Shown one piece after another: positions 10,438 through 20,561 of a stretch of DNA of 64,000 nt; position 1 is the stretch's first letter, and each line of letters begins with the position of its first letter. A model generated the notes under the pieces. That model made no database searches. It was not told where the DNA came from and saw nothing but the letters and a program-made list of their open reading frames with translations. The translations under genes were made by a program, and so were the position numbers. The DNA is from a plasmid, in sequence record NZ_CP015284.1; one strand, 5' to 3'.

Positions 10438-10592
10438 TATTACCTCTAACCTTCGTACTAAGCTATTGCCTTCCAAATAAGAAGTGATAAGTACAATAAG
10501 AGTCCTTCCATTACTTTGGAGTCTTGGAGTGGTTTATCAACATCCCTTGAGGAAGATGACTTTTTGGAAGACAAACGTCAAGTAACCCTTGT

Positions 10593-11315
10593 TCAACCTG
10601 GAGAAACAAGTGTTAAAGCGTTTGGTATTGATATTTCCCTATCTGAAGTGAAGGTTTTAAGAGCCTCTTTTGGAAATAGCTTACAAAGTTGTTCGATGGC
10701 TGAAAACATGGATTTGGCTGTTCTGTCTGGTATCTTGAAAGCTAGGTAAAAGTGCGTTTTTCGCTCTAGAAAGGTCGCTAAACAGCCCTTGCTTTTGCCT
10801 CTGGAAGACACCACAGTATCGCTCTCCCAGTGACCAAAGGTCTCACGATTCCTGACCTCTTTAGGACGTTTGGCAATCGACGTACCAATCCTAAAGGTTC
10901 CACGTGTTTCTTTGGGTTGTCGAGTTTTTCCTTTACGACGAAGGACGCTTAAATCCAGATCAATCAAACCAGCATAGAGCCAGTTATAGATAGTTTTAAA
11001 AGCTACCATTGCCTTTTGTTCAAGCTGATAGCGGCCACAAATCTGTTCCGGCGATCAGGAGGATTTTAAACCGTCCTCAATTTCCTTTTTCAACTTTGGT
11101 GTCAAACGAGACTTCCGACCTTTTTGCTTAGCCCTGTGGTCATACTGTTCCTGTGCTAAGGCTGCGGAATAACCATTTTGGTATCGTCTTAACTCTCTTG
11201 AAATAGTAGACTTATGGACGCCAAGTTTATTTGTAATTTGGCAAGGTTTCAAACCTAATTCCAAGTAGGTTTCTATCTTTATTCGGTCGGTTATGGTAAG
11301 ATGGGAGTAGCTCAT
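10593..11315 (-). pseudogene. IS30-family transposase, degenerate (HTH fragment 11055..11315 and DDE fragment 10593..11009 in different frames)
   Basis: The N-terminal fragment has an HTH (KLGVHKSTISRELRR). The C-terminal fragment has the DDE region (HWESDTVV...). It is a different IS30 member from the one at 34..978. Confidence 0.7.
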
Positions 11316-11714
11316 AGTTTTTCCTCGGGTTCTGTTTGTGTGGTTACTTACAGTTTACACCAATGAAACGCTATGAGTTTTTTTGTTGCACTTGACTTGA
11401 CAATTAGGGATTTTTCTTTAAATTCAATACGAAGTATAATAAGAACAGTTCAAATATTTATGTAGCTATTTTAAGTGATGGAGGTAAAGAAATTAAAATC
11501 AATGAACTTGATTCAAGTGCTAAAGACGATAATTATGTTTATAATTTCACTGGTAAAGCCGAATAGAACAGAAACTTTTTACTCTTATAATGCAAAAGAA
11601 GCCCTTAGAAGAAAAACTTCCGAGAGCTTCTTTTTTAGTCTGAGATTAACCATAGGTTAGTCTTTTTATTGTTCATTGAGCAATAGTTATAATCGCAATA
11701 AAACCAATGCTACA

Positions 11715-12180
11715 TAAATACAACCTTACCAAAGATGGTGAAGTCGTCCTTTTCAGAAAGGGTATTTGGTACCTTGCTAGAATTTAGTGAGTTTAGAAGA
11801 ATGTCACCATTATCTCTATTTTGACTCACCTTCATTACGTGGTACTGACACTTTAGCTGCACGATGCAGATATCGCCTGTTCGAAGGACGGAGTCTTTCA
11901 TGACAAATATTACTTCATCATCGAAGAAACTAGGTTCCAAGGAATCACCAACAACCTTAAACGCAATATCATGTACCGGAATAGGAACAGGATAGTCAAG
12001 GCAGTCAACTGGAACCTCTGATAGTTCAAATCCATGTGCGTTGGCTCTAGCATAAATACTGACTCTTTTGGTTGGTCGTTCATCTTGTCCAACTAGTTGT
12101 TTTCTATGGTCTTTTTCTCTGATTTCTTTAGAGATATGCTGATTATCTAATCGTTTTTCCAGTATTTAAAGTGAGTTGGT
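11715..12180 (-). pseudogene. truncated duplicate of the CI-like repressor gene (C-terminal S24 peptidase part only, frameshifted)
   Basis: About 90% DNA identity to 14525..14990. ORFs 11710..11940 and 11910..12092 carry the peptidase-domain residues but lack the HTH. Confidence 0.65.
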
Positions 12181-13085
12181 TTAAGTCTAGTGTACCAGCT
12201 TACAGGCAAGATATTTGTTTAGAACAAAATAAAAACTAGGGGGGAACCCTAGTTAGCAGTAGACGTTCATACAAGAGTATTATGTAAATAAGAATGTTAG
12301 AGTGAAGTCTCTATGATAGAAGCTAATTAGAGACAAAGGGAAGATTAATTCATAGTTTGATGTATGTGTCTACTACTGAGATTATAACAGTGCGGTTAGA
12401 ATTTTTCAACAAGTTTTGTTAAAAGTCAAATTCTCAACTTAGGTAAGATAACATTTCAGATTAAGCTAAAAATTTTTTGAGACAAGTAAAATTGTAATTA
12501 GGGATGCCTCAAAGCTGTTCATATTTAGTAATTTAACAGCATTTTAGATTCTGATGATGAATTGATAATTAAATTTAAGTGGCTAAATAATTACTATGCA
12601 TATGAGAAAATAATATAATTAGATTGTATGACGATTGTCATTTAGATTATATTGTGCTATATTACTTCTTAGATAGTTTATCTATGTATCATCTCCCAAG
12701 GTAGATGGGTAAACTGTGGAATATTAATGCAGAAAAACGCAGGAGTTACTCTTGCGTGCATTAGGGAGGGATGTCGATTGTTTCTTGGTGAACAATTTTA
12801 TTGAGCAAGTTGTGAATAACAACGATACTTAAATATTTAAAATAATTTCTTGAAGGATGAAAAATAACCTAATAGAAGAATATTTTGTCATAGTTGAAAG
12901 TTTATTTGAAAATAAAAAACAGCTCTTTTCACAATGGAAGGAGCCAGACTTTTATAGATAGCTTTTATTATATGGATTTGATATACTCTTATATGTAGAA
13001 AAGTGATAGACGGTGGCTTTCAATTATTAGAGAGGAGTGATGCCTATGGGCAAACATTCAAAATCTAGTAGAGAGGAGAGCCGTT

Positions 13086-13190
13086 TTGACAGCGTTCGAG
13101 ATTGTGCAAACCATTCTAGGCTTTGGTAGTTTTACTATCGCTCTAATTGGATTATGCTACAAACTCTTTAAAGACGATGACAAAAAATAA
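13086..13190 (+). CDS. putative holin-like toxin (34 aa, (M)TAFEIVQTILGFGSFTIALIGLCYKLFKDDDKK) with a TTG start
   Basis: RBS AGGAGA 5 nt upstream. It has a single TM helix and a charged C-terminal tail, typical of the small 'holin-like toxin' family of Firmicutes. The ORF track missed it. Confidence 0.5.
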   Translation: MTAFEIVQTILGFGSFTIALIGLCYKLFKDDDKK

Positions 13191-13268
13191 TCCGTCCCCA
13201 CTTTTGGCGAAGTAAGACGGATTATTTTCGTTTAAAACTAGCCACCGTCTTTTAAACGGCTCTACATG

Positions 13269-13299
13269 GAAGTTGAGTGACTGCTCAACTTCTTTTTTT
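13269..13299 (+). terminator. rho-independent terminator (GAAGTTGAG-N6-CTCAACTTC followed by T7)
   Basis: Read directly from the sequence, downstream of the small toxin ORF. Confidence 0.6.
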
Positions 13300-13621
13300 C
13301 TACCACAATTTTATCAGAATAAACAATTTAAGTCAATTCGAAATATACAGATATTGATAAACTGACAGTACCAATGATAAATGAGTATATAGAAAAAGTA
13401 GTAGTCCATGAAGCAACAGGGGGAAGAAAAGGAAAAGATAGAAAACAACAAGTCGATGTTTACTTTAATTTTATAGGCAACTGTCAAGTGCTATGAAAAG
13501 CGAGCATAGAAAAAATGACTTAAAAATGGTAAAATATTATTAGTTAATTTAGACTAACTTGCAATTAGCTTTCATCTTTAAGGAATAATGTGAAATGCTA
13601 AAAGCGGAGAGAGTTTAAAAT

Positions 13622-14263
13622 TTGTTGTTGGGAAGAGTTTTGCTGGTGAGTGATAAGAGTAACAAAAAATTTTGGGATAAATTCGCCAAGTTGTATGCTC
13701 CTTTTATGAAGAAGGATAAAGGTGTTTATGATAAAGTTTGCGGATACATAAACCCCTATTTGAGTAAGGATATGAATGTACTTGAACTTGCTTGTGGTTC
13801 AGGTCAATTATCCTTTAACCTTTCAAAATATACGAAAAGTTGGATTGCAACTGATTTTTCTAAACAAATGATTTTTGAAGCAAGAAAACATGGAGAATAC
13901 GAGAACCTTGTCTTTGAAATAGCTGATGCTACTTCATTGATTTATACAGATGAGAAATTTGATTGTGTAGTAATAGCTAATGCACTTCATATTATGCCCG
14001 AGCCTGACAAGGCAATGAAAGAAATATATAGGGTATTAAAACCTAATGGTACTTTGTTTGCTCCCACTTTTTTATGGAAAGAGGAAAAACAAAGTAAATT
14101 CAAAAAACGGCTGATGTCTATTGTAGGGTTTAAGATGTATAAAGAATGGGATAAAAAGCAATTTGAAGAATTTATCCATGAATATGGATTTTCAGTAGCT
14201 GAAATGAAATTGGTAAATGGAGGTCTTGCACCAGTTGGTGTAATGATTGCATATAAAAAGTAA
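13622..14263 (+). CDS. class I SAM-dependent methyltransferase (small-molecule type)
   Basis: Motif I LELACGSGQLSFNL, plus acidic and motif II-like segments (VFEIADA, VIANALHIMPEP). Confidence 0.75.
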   Translation: MLLGRVLLVSDKSNKKFWDKFAKLYAPFMKKDKGVYDKVCGYINPYLSKDMNVLELACGSGQLSFNLSKYTKSWIATDFSKQMIFEARKHGEYENLVFEIADATSLIYTDEKFDCVVIANALHIMPEPDKAMKEIYRVLKPNGTLFAPTFLWKEEKQSKFKKRLMSIVGFKMYKEWDKKQFEEFIHEYGFSVAEMKLVNGGLAPVGVMIAYKK

Positions 14264-14315
14264 TATTAAATTATTATTTACAAAGTAATATGAATTTAAA
14301 AGCGGTAGTGTAAAA

Positions 14316-14391
14316 TAAGTTGTGTACACTCAAAAAGCTCTATAATCTCTACAGTGGTTTTACCCACTACAGAAATTATAGAGCCGTAAAA
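14316..14391. repeat. solo ~75-bp remnant of the ISL3 left end, including the terminal hairpin GCTCTATAATCTCTACAGTGG/CCACTACAGAAATTATAGAGC
   Basis: It is identical to the sequences at 6765..6833 and 21897..21972, which flank the ISL3 transposase genes. Confidence 0.75.
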
Positions 14392-14506
14392 TGAAGGTAC
14401 TTTCTTTTATTCCTGTAAGTTAGATACTTGCAGTTTATGGCAACTCCATTGGGGTTGCCTTTTTACTTATTGATTATGTAATCAAAATGAATCATTATGA
14501 CTAACC

Positions 14507-15301
14507 TTACATAAGTACAATCTTGCCAAAAATGCTGAAATCATCCTTTTCTGACAAGGTGATAGGTGCCTCGTTAGAATTTAACGAGTTAAGAAGAATG
14601 TCACCATTATCTATATTTTGACTTACCTTCATTACGTGGTACTTACTCTTTAGCTGCACGATGCAGATATCACCTGTTCGAAGGATGGAGTCTTTCATGA
14701 CAAACATTACTTCATCATCGAAGAAACTAGGTTCCAAGGAATCACCAACAACCTTAAACGCAATATCATGTACCGGAATAGGAACAGGGTAGTCGAGACA
14801 GTCAACTGGGACCTCTGATACTTCAAACCCTTGTGCATCTACTTTAGCATAAATACTAACTCTTTTGGTTGGTCGTTGATCTTGTTTAACTATTTGTTTT
14901 CTATGGTCATTTTCTTTGATTTCTTTAGAGATATGCTGATTATCTAATCGATTTTCTATGAAATCAACAGTCGCGTCTTGGTTTCCTTCATCAAGCTCCT
15001 TAAACATTTCCTCTACTTGCTCTTGCTTATTGTCGTTAATTGGTGGGTAAGCATACTTGCTTGGTGAGTCCGATAATCCTAGTAAGTAGTCTGACGTCAC
15101 CCCAAATAATCCAACTAACTTCACAAGATCTTTAAATGTAGGGGCATTACTTCCATTTTCCCACTTTCCAACAGTTTGTTGTGTTTTCCCTATTTTGGCA
15201 CTAAATTCCTTTTTAGTCCAACCTCTAGCTTGTCGGAGTTTAATTAATCGGTCAGTAAACATTTCCCCCATTAAATTATTACTATCCTTACACTCTTTCA
15301 T
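14507..15301 (-). CDS. CI/LexA-like repressor (N-terminal XRE HTH plus C-terminal S24 peptidase domain)
   Basis: HTH WTKKEFSAKIGKTQQTVGKWENG. The C-terminus (VVGDSLEP...GDICIV) resembles the S24 autopeptidase fold. Confidence 0.8.
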   Translation of the reverse strand: MKECKDSNNLMGEMFTDRLIKLRQARGWTKKEFSAKIGKTQQTVGKWENGSNAPTFKDLVKLVGLFGVTSDYLLGLSDSPSKYAYPPINDNKQEQVEEMFKELDEGNQDATVDFIENRLDNQHISKEIKENDHRKQIVKQDQRPTKRVSIYAKVDAQGFEVSEVPVDCLDYPVPIPVHDIAFKVVGDSLEPSFFDDEVMFVMKDSILRTGDICIVQLKSKYHVMKVSQNIDNGDILLNSLNSNEAPITLSEKDDFSIFGKIVLM

Positions 15302-15652
15302 GTATTATCCCTATAACATCTTCCTAAAAAAATTATAATTTTTTATAATCAAAATTATTATAGCAGTTTTAGAAACAATAAACAAATGTAGAAATAACAG
15401 TATTCAAAAGACTTTATAGACTGTATAAAATAGCTATATAAGACTGAGTCACACTGAATGAAAATGAAATAATTACTAATTTAACACTAAGTTATAATTA
15501 AAACAAACCCACGTTTTAGTAGAAAATCATAGCTTTTTAGTTAAAGTAATATGAGTTAGGTGTAATTTAATTATAAAATTTTCTTGATTGTTTGCCATAA
15601 AAATAGTAAAATCATTTCAGGACTATATTGATTAGGCAGGTTATATATATAC
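15302..15652. promoter_or_regulatory. divergent promoter/operator region between the CI-like and Cro-like genes; AT-rich, with AATTATAATT-type palindromes
   Basis: The palindrome AATTATAATT is at ~15333 and AATTATAAAATT at ~15567. The operator assignment is inferred. Confidence 0.3.
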
Positions 15653-15841
15653 ATGGGAAATATTATTTCAGAATTGAGACGACGAAAGAAGCTCTCAAAG
15701 AAAGCGTTAGCTCATAATCTTAATGTTGATGCAGGGACTATCGACAAATGGGAAAATGGAGCTAATATTCGTATGGAAAACGTTGTAGCCTTAGCTGAAT
15801 ACTTTGGTGTTTCTACTGACGATATTTTAGGAATAAGATAG
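15653..15841 (+). CDS. Cro-like XRE HTH regulator (62 aa)
   Basis: HTH LSKKALAHNLNVDAGTIDKWENG. It is divergent from the CI-like gene. Confidence 0.7.
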   Translation: MGNIISELRRRKKLSKKALAHNLNVDAGTIDKWENGANIRMENVVALAEYFGVSTDDILGIR

Positions 15842-15886
15842 CACTAATTACTAATCTTTGGCATCTAAAATATTACGCAGCGTTTT

Positions 15887-16615
15887 ATGATGGAAGATAA
15901 GGGAGGGACAATGACAACAGCAATCACGAACCCTAAAAAAATCACTTTAGAAGACCTAGAAGAAAAGCTAGAATCGTTCATCCAGGTATTTAATGATGAC
16001 CTATGCCGAACCATTATTGAGTATATGATTGACTCGGAAGGGCCATTTGCAATTACTCGATATAAGAAATTTGGATCACCGTGGTTTTATCAGGCAACCA
16101 GAGATATTTCTGATAAACTCTGGAGAAAACTAATCGAAGAGGGAAAATCAGAGACTGAAGCTAAAGCCATAGCTAAAGACGTGATATCAACGTACTATCA
16201 ATATATGTTATTTGATATGTTACTTGCGGGACAAAATAAGCTAGCTTCTAAAGAAGTCCAAGTCAGGATCTCCAGTTTGACAAATAACCGGCAACAAAAT
16301 GAAGTAAAAAAATTAGCCTTCATGAAAGGTTGCAGGGAATACATTCAGAATTTACCATTGAAGACACTCACTAATTACATTCCTCTAGCCGAATTGTTTA
16401 AATATGCTGGTGTCGGAGAAGTTCCAGATTTAGCTAAAATCTTCAGCTTACTTGATTCCAGTGAAGCGGGATGTTTGAAAAAAGTCGGAGAAGTTATCCA
16501 TTTTGACGATGCTGCAGTAGATGAAGTGATTGAAAAAAGATTTTTAAGGAGTTCTCAACTTCGTTTCTCTAGCGGTAAACTATTGTACAACTCAGAAAGT
16601 GTTGTGTTTAAGTAG
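15887..16615 (+). CDS. hypothetical protein (242 aa)
   Basis: A long ORF in operon position after cro. No family recognised. Confidence 0.45.
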   Translation: MMEDKGGTMTTAITNPKKITLEDLEEKLESFIQVFNDDLCRTIIEYMIDSEGPFAITRYKKFGSPWFYQATRDISDKLWRKLIEEGKSETEAKAIAKDVISTYYQYMLFDMLLAGQNKLASKEVQVRISSLTNNRQQNEVKKLAFMKGCREYIQNLPLKTLTNYIPLAELFKYAGVGEVPDLAKIFSLLDSSEAGCLKKVGEVIHFDDAAVDEVIEKRFLRSSQLRFSSGKLLYNSESVVFK

Positions 16616-16751
16616 ATTTTAGAATTAAATATAGAATGAATAAAGGGGAAAAGGATATAAAAACATATCCTTTTTTTGTGTCTTCATAAACAAGGTGGGT
16701 GTCACTGGGTTATAGAAGGTATATGAGTTTTAGTATAATGGTTCCAAAAAA

Positions 16752-18203
16752 TTGAAGAGAAGGACTAGACAAATGACAAGAATACCAGGTAATAAAAAAT
16801 GGTTACAAAATATTGCTAAGAAAATCAATCTTCCACTTTATCCGAAGAAAAAATTTAATGGGGAAGAAGTCACACTCTTGCCTGATGGGACAGTCCGATT
16901 ATCTGAAACAGGAGAAAAGCCTTCTGCTGAAGCACTGGAAGCCTATCAAGACTTCGTTAAGAAATTCAATGAAAGACTACGCCGTTTTGGGGTAAGAACA
17001 ATCGATGGAAAAGCAACATTGAATACTGTCTCTCGATTTTCGGACGACTATTATAAGAAGTATGCCTCGACACCATTACTGAAACAAGTTTACCCAAACA
17101 ATGACTTTCCTTTCCATTTGCAACTTCAAGAAGATTACATCATTCAAATCAACTATAGTCAAGAAACGGATTATGAGTTAATTAGTAAGCAACTAAACCA
17201 GTTAGATATGGATATCCTACTATTTATAGCTACTTTCCGAAATGTTCAACTACTACAAATTTCAAGGGAGTTTGGTTTACCGATTCCTAAAATCAAACCA
17301 CATCTCAAACGACTCAGAGAGTTTTACTTAGTTCAAGAGTGGGAGTTCGAACGTGAAGATACTCCAGGGGCTCTTGCGACAAGCTATTCTATTTACAGTC
17401 ATGGAACAATGTTGCTCTTACTAGCAAATAAGATCACTAGAAACTTCACTTATAAATGGAAAGATATCCTTCGGGAAGAAGATAACTACTCTCCTATTCG
17501 ATACTGGAAGGTCGTAGATGCCTATCAGAACTTCAAATTTAATCAAAACTATGCCTATTTTGTTCCTACGTCAAACCTGGAGAAGTTCACGTATACAGTG
17601 ACAAAGACACAAGAAAAGAGTGAGGGGACAAGTCCTCTTTCTGGTATGGAGAAACGAAAATCAGAATTACAATCCAAAAAGGCGAAGAAGAAAGAGCGTA
17701 CGTATACAGTCCATGTTCCTAGATATCTTTTTATCGGTCAGTTAGCTCTCAATAAAAAGGAAGATGACGGTACAAAGAATCTTTTTGATGTGTATCCTTA
17801 TATTACTAACGTTGGTGATACCAGCGATCTTGATAAATTGCTCAATGTCTTTAAACACTTTGGACGTTTCGAGGAGGGTTTAGATGAAGAAGGCAACAAA
17901 CGTTATCTACTGATTATCGTTGATAATTTTGACGACATTCAAGAAATTGAAGACAAGTATATGCTTATTGAAAATGGTGGCTATAAGAACCTTAATAACA
18001 TTATTTTCCTCAACCTAGAGCTTGCTGCTGAAGAAGGAATTGACAAGTCTCTTGTTGTTATCAGAAGTCAAAATACAACTGATGGTAGTCGCGTGGCTAA
18101 ATACATGCCTTTTAGAATGAATGAAGCGTTTAATGAGCGTCCACTAATCAAAGACTCTGAACTAGAAGAGTTAAATCAAGAAGAAGGTGATACTGATGCT
18201 TAA
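16752..18203 (+). CDS. hypothetical protein (483 aa); speculative replication/primase-like role
   Basis: A long ORF with its own RBS region. No motif recognised. Confidence 0.45.
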   Translation: MKRRTRQMTRIPGNKKWLQNIAKKINLPLYPKKKFNGEEVTLLPDGTVRLSETGEKPSAEALEAYQDFVKKFNERLRRFGVRTIDGKATLNTVSRFSDDYYKKYASTPLLKQVYPNNDFPFHLQLQEDYIIQINYSQETDYELISKQLNQLDMDILLFIATFRNVQLLQISREFGLPIPKIKPHLKRLREFYLVQEWEFEREDTPGALATSYSIYSHGTMLLLLANKITRNFTYKWKDILREEDNYSPIRYWKVVDAYQNFKFNQNYAYFVPTSNLEKFTYTVTKTQEKSEGTSPLSGMEKRKSELQSKKAKKKERTYTVHVPRYLFIGQLALNKKEDDGTKNLFDVYPYITNVGDTSDLDKLLNVFKHFGRFEEGLDEEGNKRYLLIIVDNFDDIQEIEDKYMLIENGGYKNLNNIIFLNLELAAEEGIDKSLVVIRSQNTTDGSRVAKYMPFRMNEAFNERPLIKDSELEELNQEEGDTDA

Positions 18204-19179
18204 TATCTATATTGATCCCTACGTCCTATCTCCTTTTGAAGCCTCTCCCTTTTTTCATAAGCTGACTAACTTTGCAAAATCTAAAGACCACAGAGTCGCT
18301 ATTATGGGGTTTAAGTCCCATATCTCTTGGAATGCTCTATCGTATTTAGAAGATAAAGCTAAGATTACGATTACCCACAATCAAGCAGACCTAGAGGATG
18401 AGAAAAAACATGCCGTTCTGCTAGCGGGCTATTTAAAAAAGGATATTGAGTTAGTCACGTCTCCAACAAGCCACATTACAGACATCTTTCTCTTTGATGA
18501 GCAGGCTCAGATGGATACGAATACTTTGTCTCAGCTACTCAGCAAGGTCCCTTACGTACATTACCTATCAACAGAGCATTTTTTCCATTCTCCTCACGTC
18601 AATAATTTCCCTAAGAACAGGCCATTTATTTTCAATACCCAACTTTTCCGAGACATGAGAAATATTTATTTTGCTAACAGTTTAGTAGAGGGACACGATT
18701 CTTTATTTGAGTGTTTAGCTAAAAATGATATTACCCAACAATCTTTTTTTGGTAGCAACAACTATATCTATATACCAGGTCATAATGGAAAAGAAGAAGC
18801 ACGTGCTAAGGTTATTATGAACGTCACAAAAATTGAAGATTTGACGGTTGAAAGCATAAAACCTTTAGAGCCAGTATCAGCCACTGCAGAACCTCAACAA
18901 AGTATGAAAGAGCTACGTTTAGACGAAATTGAAGAACGTCTTAAGCAGAAAATGAAAAGCTCAGATACAATTAAAAACAATGAAAATTCAAGTGAGGTCT
19001 TGAAAATTACTTCTGAAACCCTTACAATGATAAGGAAGGTAATGGATTGTATTGGGAGGATGGAAAATAGTTTAAATGCTAAGATGACTGAACAAACTGA
19101 CGACAACAATAAACTTGATTCAGATTTTGATCCATTATACGCCTTCAGGGCCCAACATGATAAAATAGGGGAAGATTAA
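18187..19179 (+). CDS. hypothetical protein (330 aa), translationally coupled to the upstream gene (17-nt overlap)
   Basis: ORF overlap. Confidence 0.45.
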   Translation: MILMLNIYIDPYVLSPFEASPFFHKLTNFAKSKDHRVAIMGFKSHISWNALSYLEDKAKITITHNQADLEDEKKHAVLLAGYLKKDIELVTSPTSHITDIFLFDEQAQMDTNTLSQLLSKVPYVHYLSTEHFFHSPHVNNFPKNRPFIFNTQLFRDMRNIYFANSLVEGHDSLFECLAKNDITQQSFFGSNNYIYIPGHNGKEEARAKVIMNVTKIEDLTVESIKPLEPVSATAEPQQSMKELRLDEIEERLKQKMKSSDTIKNNENSSEVLKITSETLTMIRKVMDCIGRMENSLNAKMTEQTDDNNKLDSDFDPLYAFRAQHDKIGED

Positions 19180-19193
19180 ACAATATTAAAGGG

Positions 19194-19412
19194 TTGAAGG
19201 AGATAAAAATGGCCGATGAAGTAATGACTAAAAAAAACATTTACTTAGTGTCAGACGTTGACAAAGCCAGGGAACTTGAGGCATACATCGTAAGTACTAA
19301 AGATGGTATGGAAGTCTTCGGACTTATTGGTTGTGATGAGCTTGAGGAATTAACAGATGCTCAACGAGATTTTGTGCAGAGCGACGAAGCGATGCAATTC
19401 AAAAGTAACTAA
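19194..19412 (+). CDS. small acidic hypothetical protein (72 aa)
   Basis: RBS GGAGA upstream. Confidence 0.4.
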   Translation: MKEIKMADEVMTKKNIYLVSDVDKARELEAYIVSTKDGMEVFGLIGCDELEELTDAQRDFVQSDEAMQFKSN

Positions 19413-19743
19413 GCAAAGACCTTTATGAAAATAAACTACAAATAGATTATTTTTCTGAAGACTATATCTGATTTGAAGAGGATTTTCAACGTTATTCAGC
19501 ATTGAATATTCCGTTAACATTTCTGATTGATGATATTTTGATAACTATGGCCATGAACCAGATAAATTATTTTTACTTTGAGATTTCAGTTATAAAATCA
19601 AGGAAGAATATTAGAATGTTTCGGTACAGAGGAGAGACGTTAAAAATTTAAAGTTCTACATATTGTGTCTTATAAGTGTTTACCAACACAATATATAGGG
19701 GCTTGACAAGTATGATATAATAAAAATAGATATTGGAGGTTGT

Positions 19744-20049
19744 ATGGAAAAAGTTCCAGAAGTGGTTTGGGAACGATTAACTGATTTTTTTGGTTTTAGT
19801 ATGCCACTAGGTGTCGTTATTATTCTCTTTATTATGGGGGTAGTTTTTTACATGAATTCTTCTTCTAGTTTAAGAAAGAGTTCTAAGGCCTTATCGGAAC
19901 ACTATAACGGATTATTTCAAAATATGACCACCAGTAACGAACAGCTACAGAAACAAAACCAACAGTTGAGTGAACAATTAGAGCAATCTCAAGCTAGAAA
20001 TGAAAAACTCGAGGATAAGATAGTAGCAATGCTTGAAAGGACAGAGTAG
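19744..20049 (+). CDS. small membrane protein with a coiled-coil tail (101 aa)
   Basis: TM segment GVVIILFIMGVVFY, then a Q/E-rich heptad region. Confidence 0.4.
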   Translation: MEKVPEVVWERLTDFFGFSMPLGVVIILFIMGVVFYMNSSSSLRKSSKALSEHYNGLFQNMTTSNEQLQKQNQQLSEQLEQSQARNEKLEDKIVAMLERTE

Positions 20050-20554
20050 GGAGGAAAATATTATGGTTATCGCTATTTTCTTTACAGTGCTATCAATCTT
20101 AACGTTTGTTTTTTTGACAGAGAAAAGAAAGAATCAGCAAACGACTTTTGAAATTTTGGGACAGCTACATGACTCATATCTAACATATTATTTAATTCAA
20201 AATAAGGAATTAGCCGACACCCATCCTACTTTTTATGGGATAGTAAAATCCTTTAAAAATATTGATTTTAGTAAGACAGAGATCCTTAAAAAATCAATGA
20301 GACGTGTCGGAGAAGATGATAGTACGATTTCTGAACTATTGAAAAATGAAATGATTGACATTGCAGAAAATGGTGATACATCAGCCAAGGCTTTGCTAGG
20401 TTGGTATGTAACAACATGCCGTACCATTGATGAAGTAATCTCTGAACCAAGTTTCGAACTTAAATTTAAAGATAATATTGGAGAAATCGTTATTCAACCG
20501 CAGAATATAAGTCGCAGTGATGTATCAGCATCTAGTAATCTTTGTGTAGCATAA
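20033..20554 (+). CDS. membrane-anchored hypothetical protein (173 aa)
   Basis: N-terminal TM segment. It overlaps the upstream ORF. Confidence 0.4.
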   Translation: MKGQSREENIMVIAIFFTVLSILTFVFLTEKRKNQQTTFEILGQLHDSYLTYYLIQNKELADTHPTFYGIVKSFKNIDFSKTEILKKSMRRVGEDDSTISELLKNEMIDIAENGDTSAKALLGWYVTTCRTIDEVISEPSFELKFKDNIGEIVIQPQNISRSDVSASSNLCVA

Positions 20555-20561
20555 TTGTGGC

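Noticed and set aside
17222-17260. dif-like string ACTTTCCGAAATGTTCAACTACTACAAATTTCAAG inside the 483-aa gene
   Set aside because: It lies within a coding sequence. It matches difSL only in scattered positions, so it is most likely chance.
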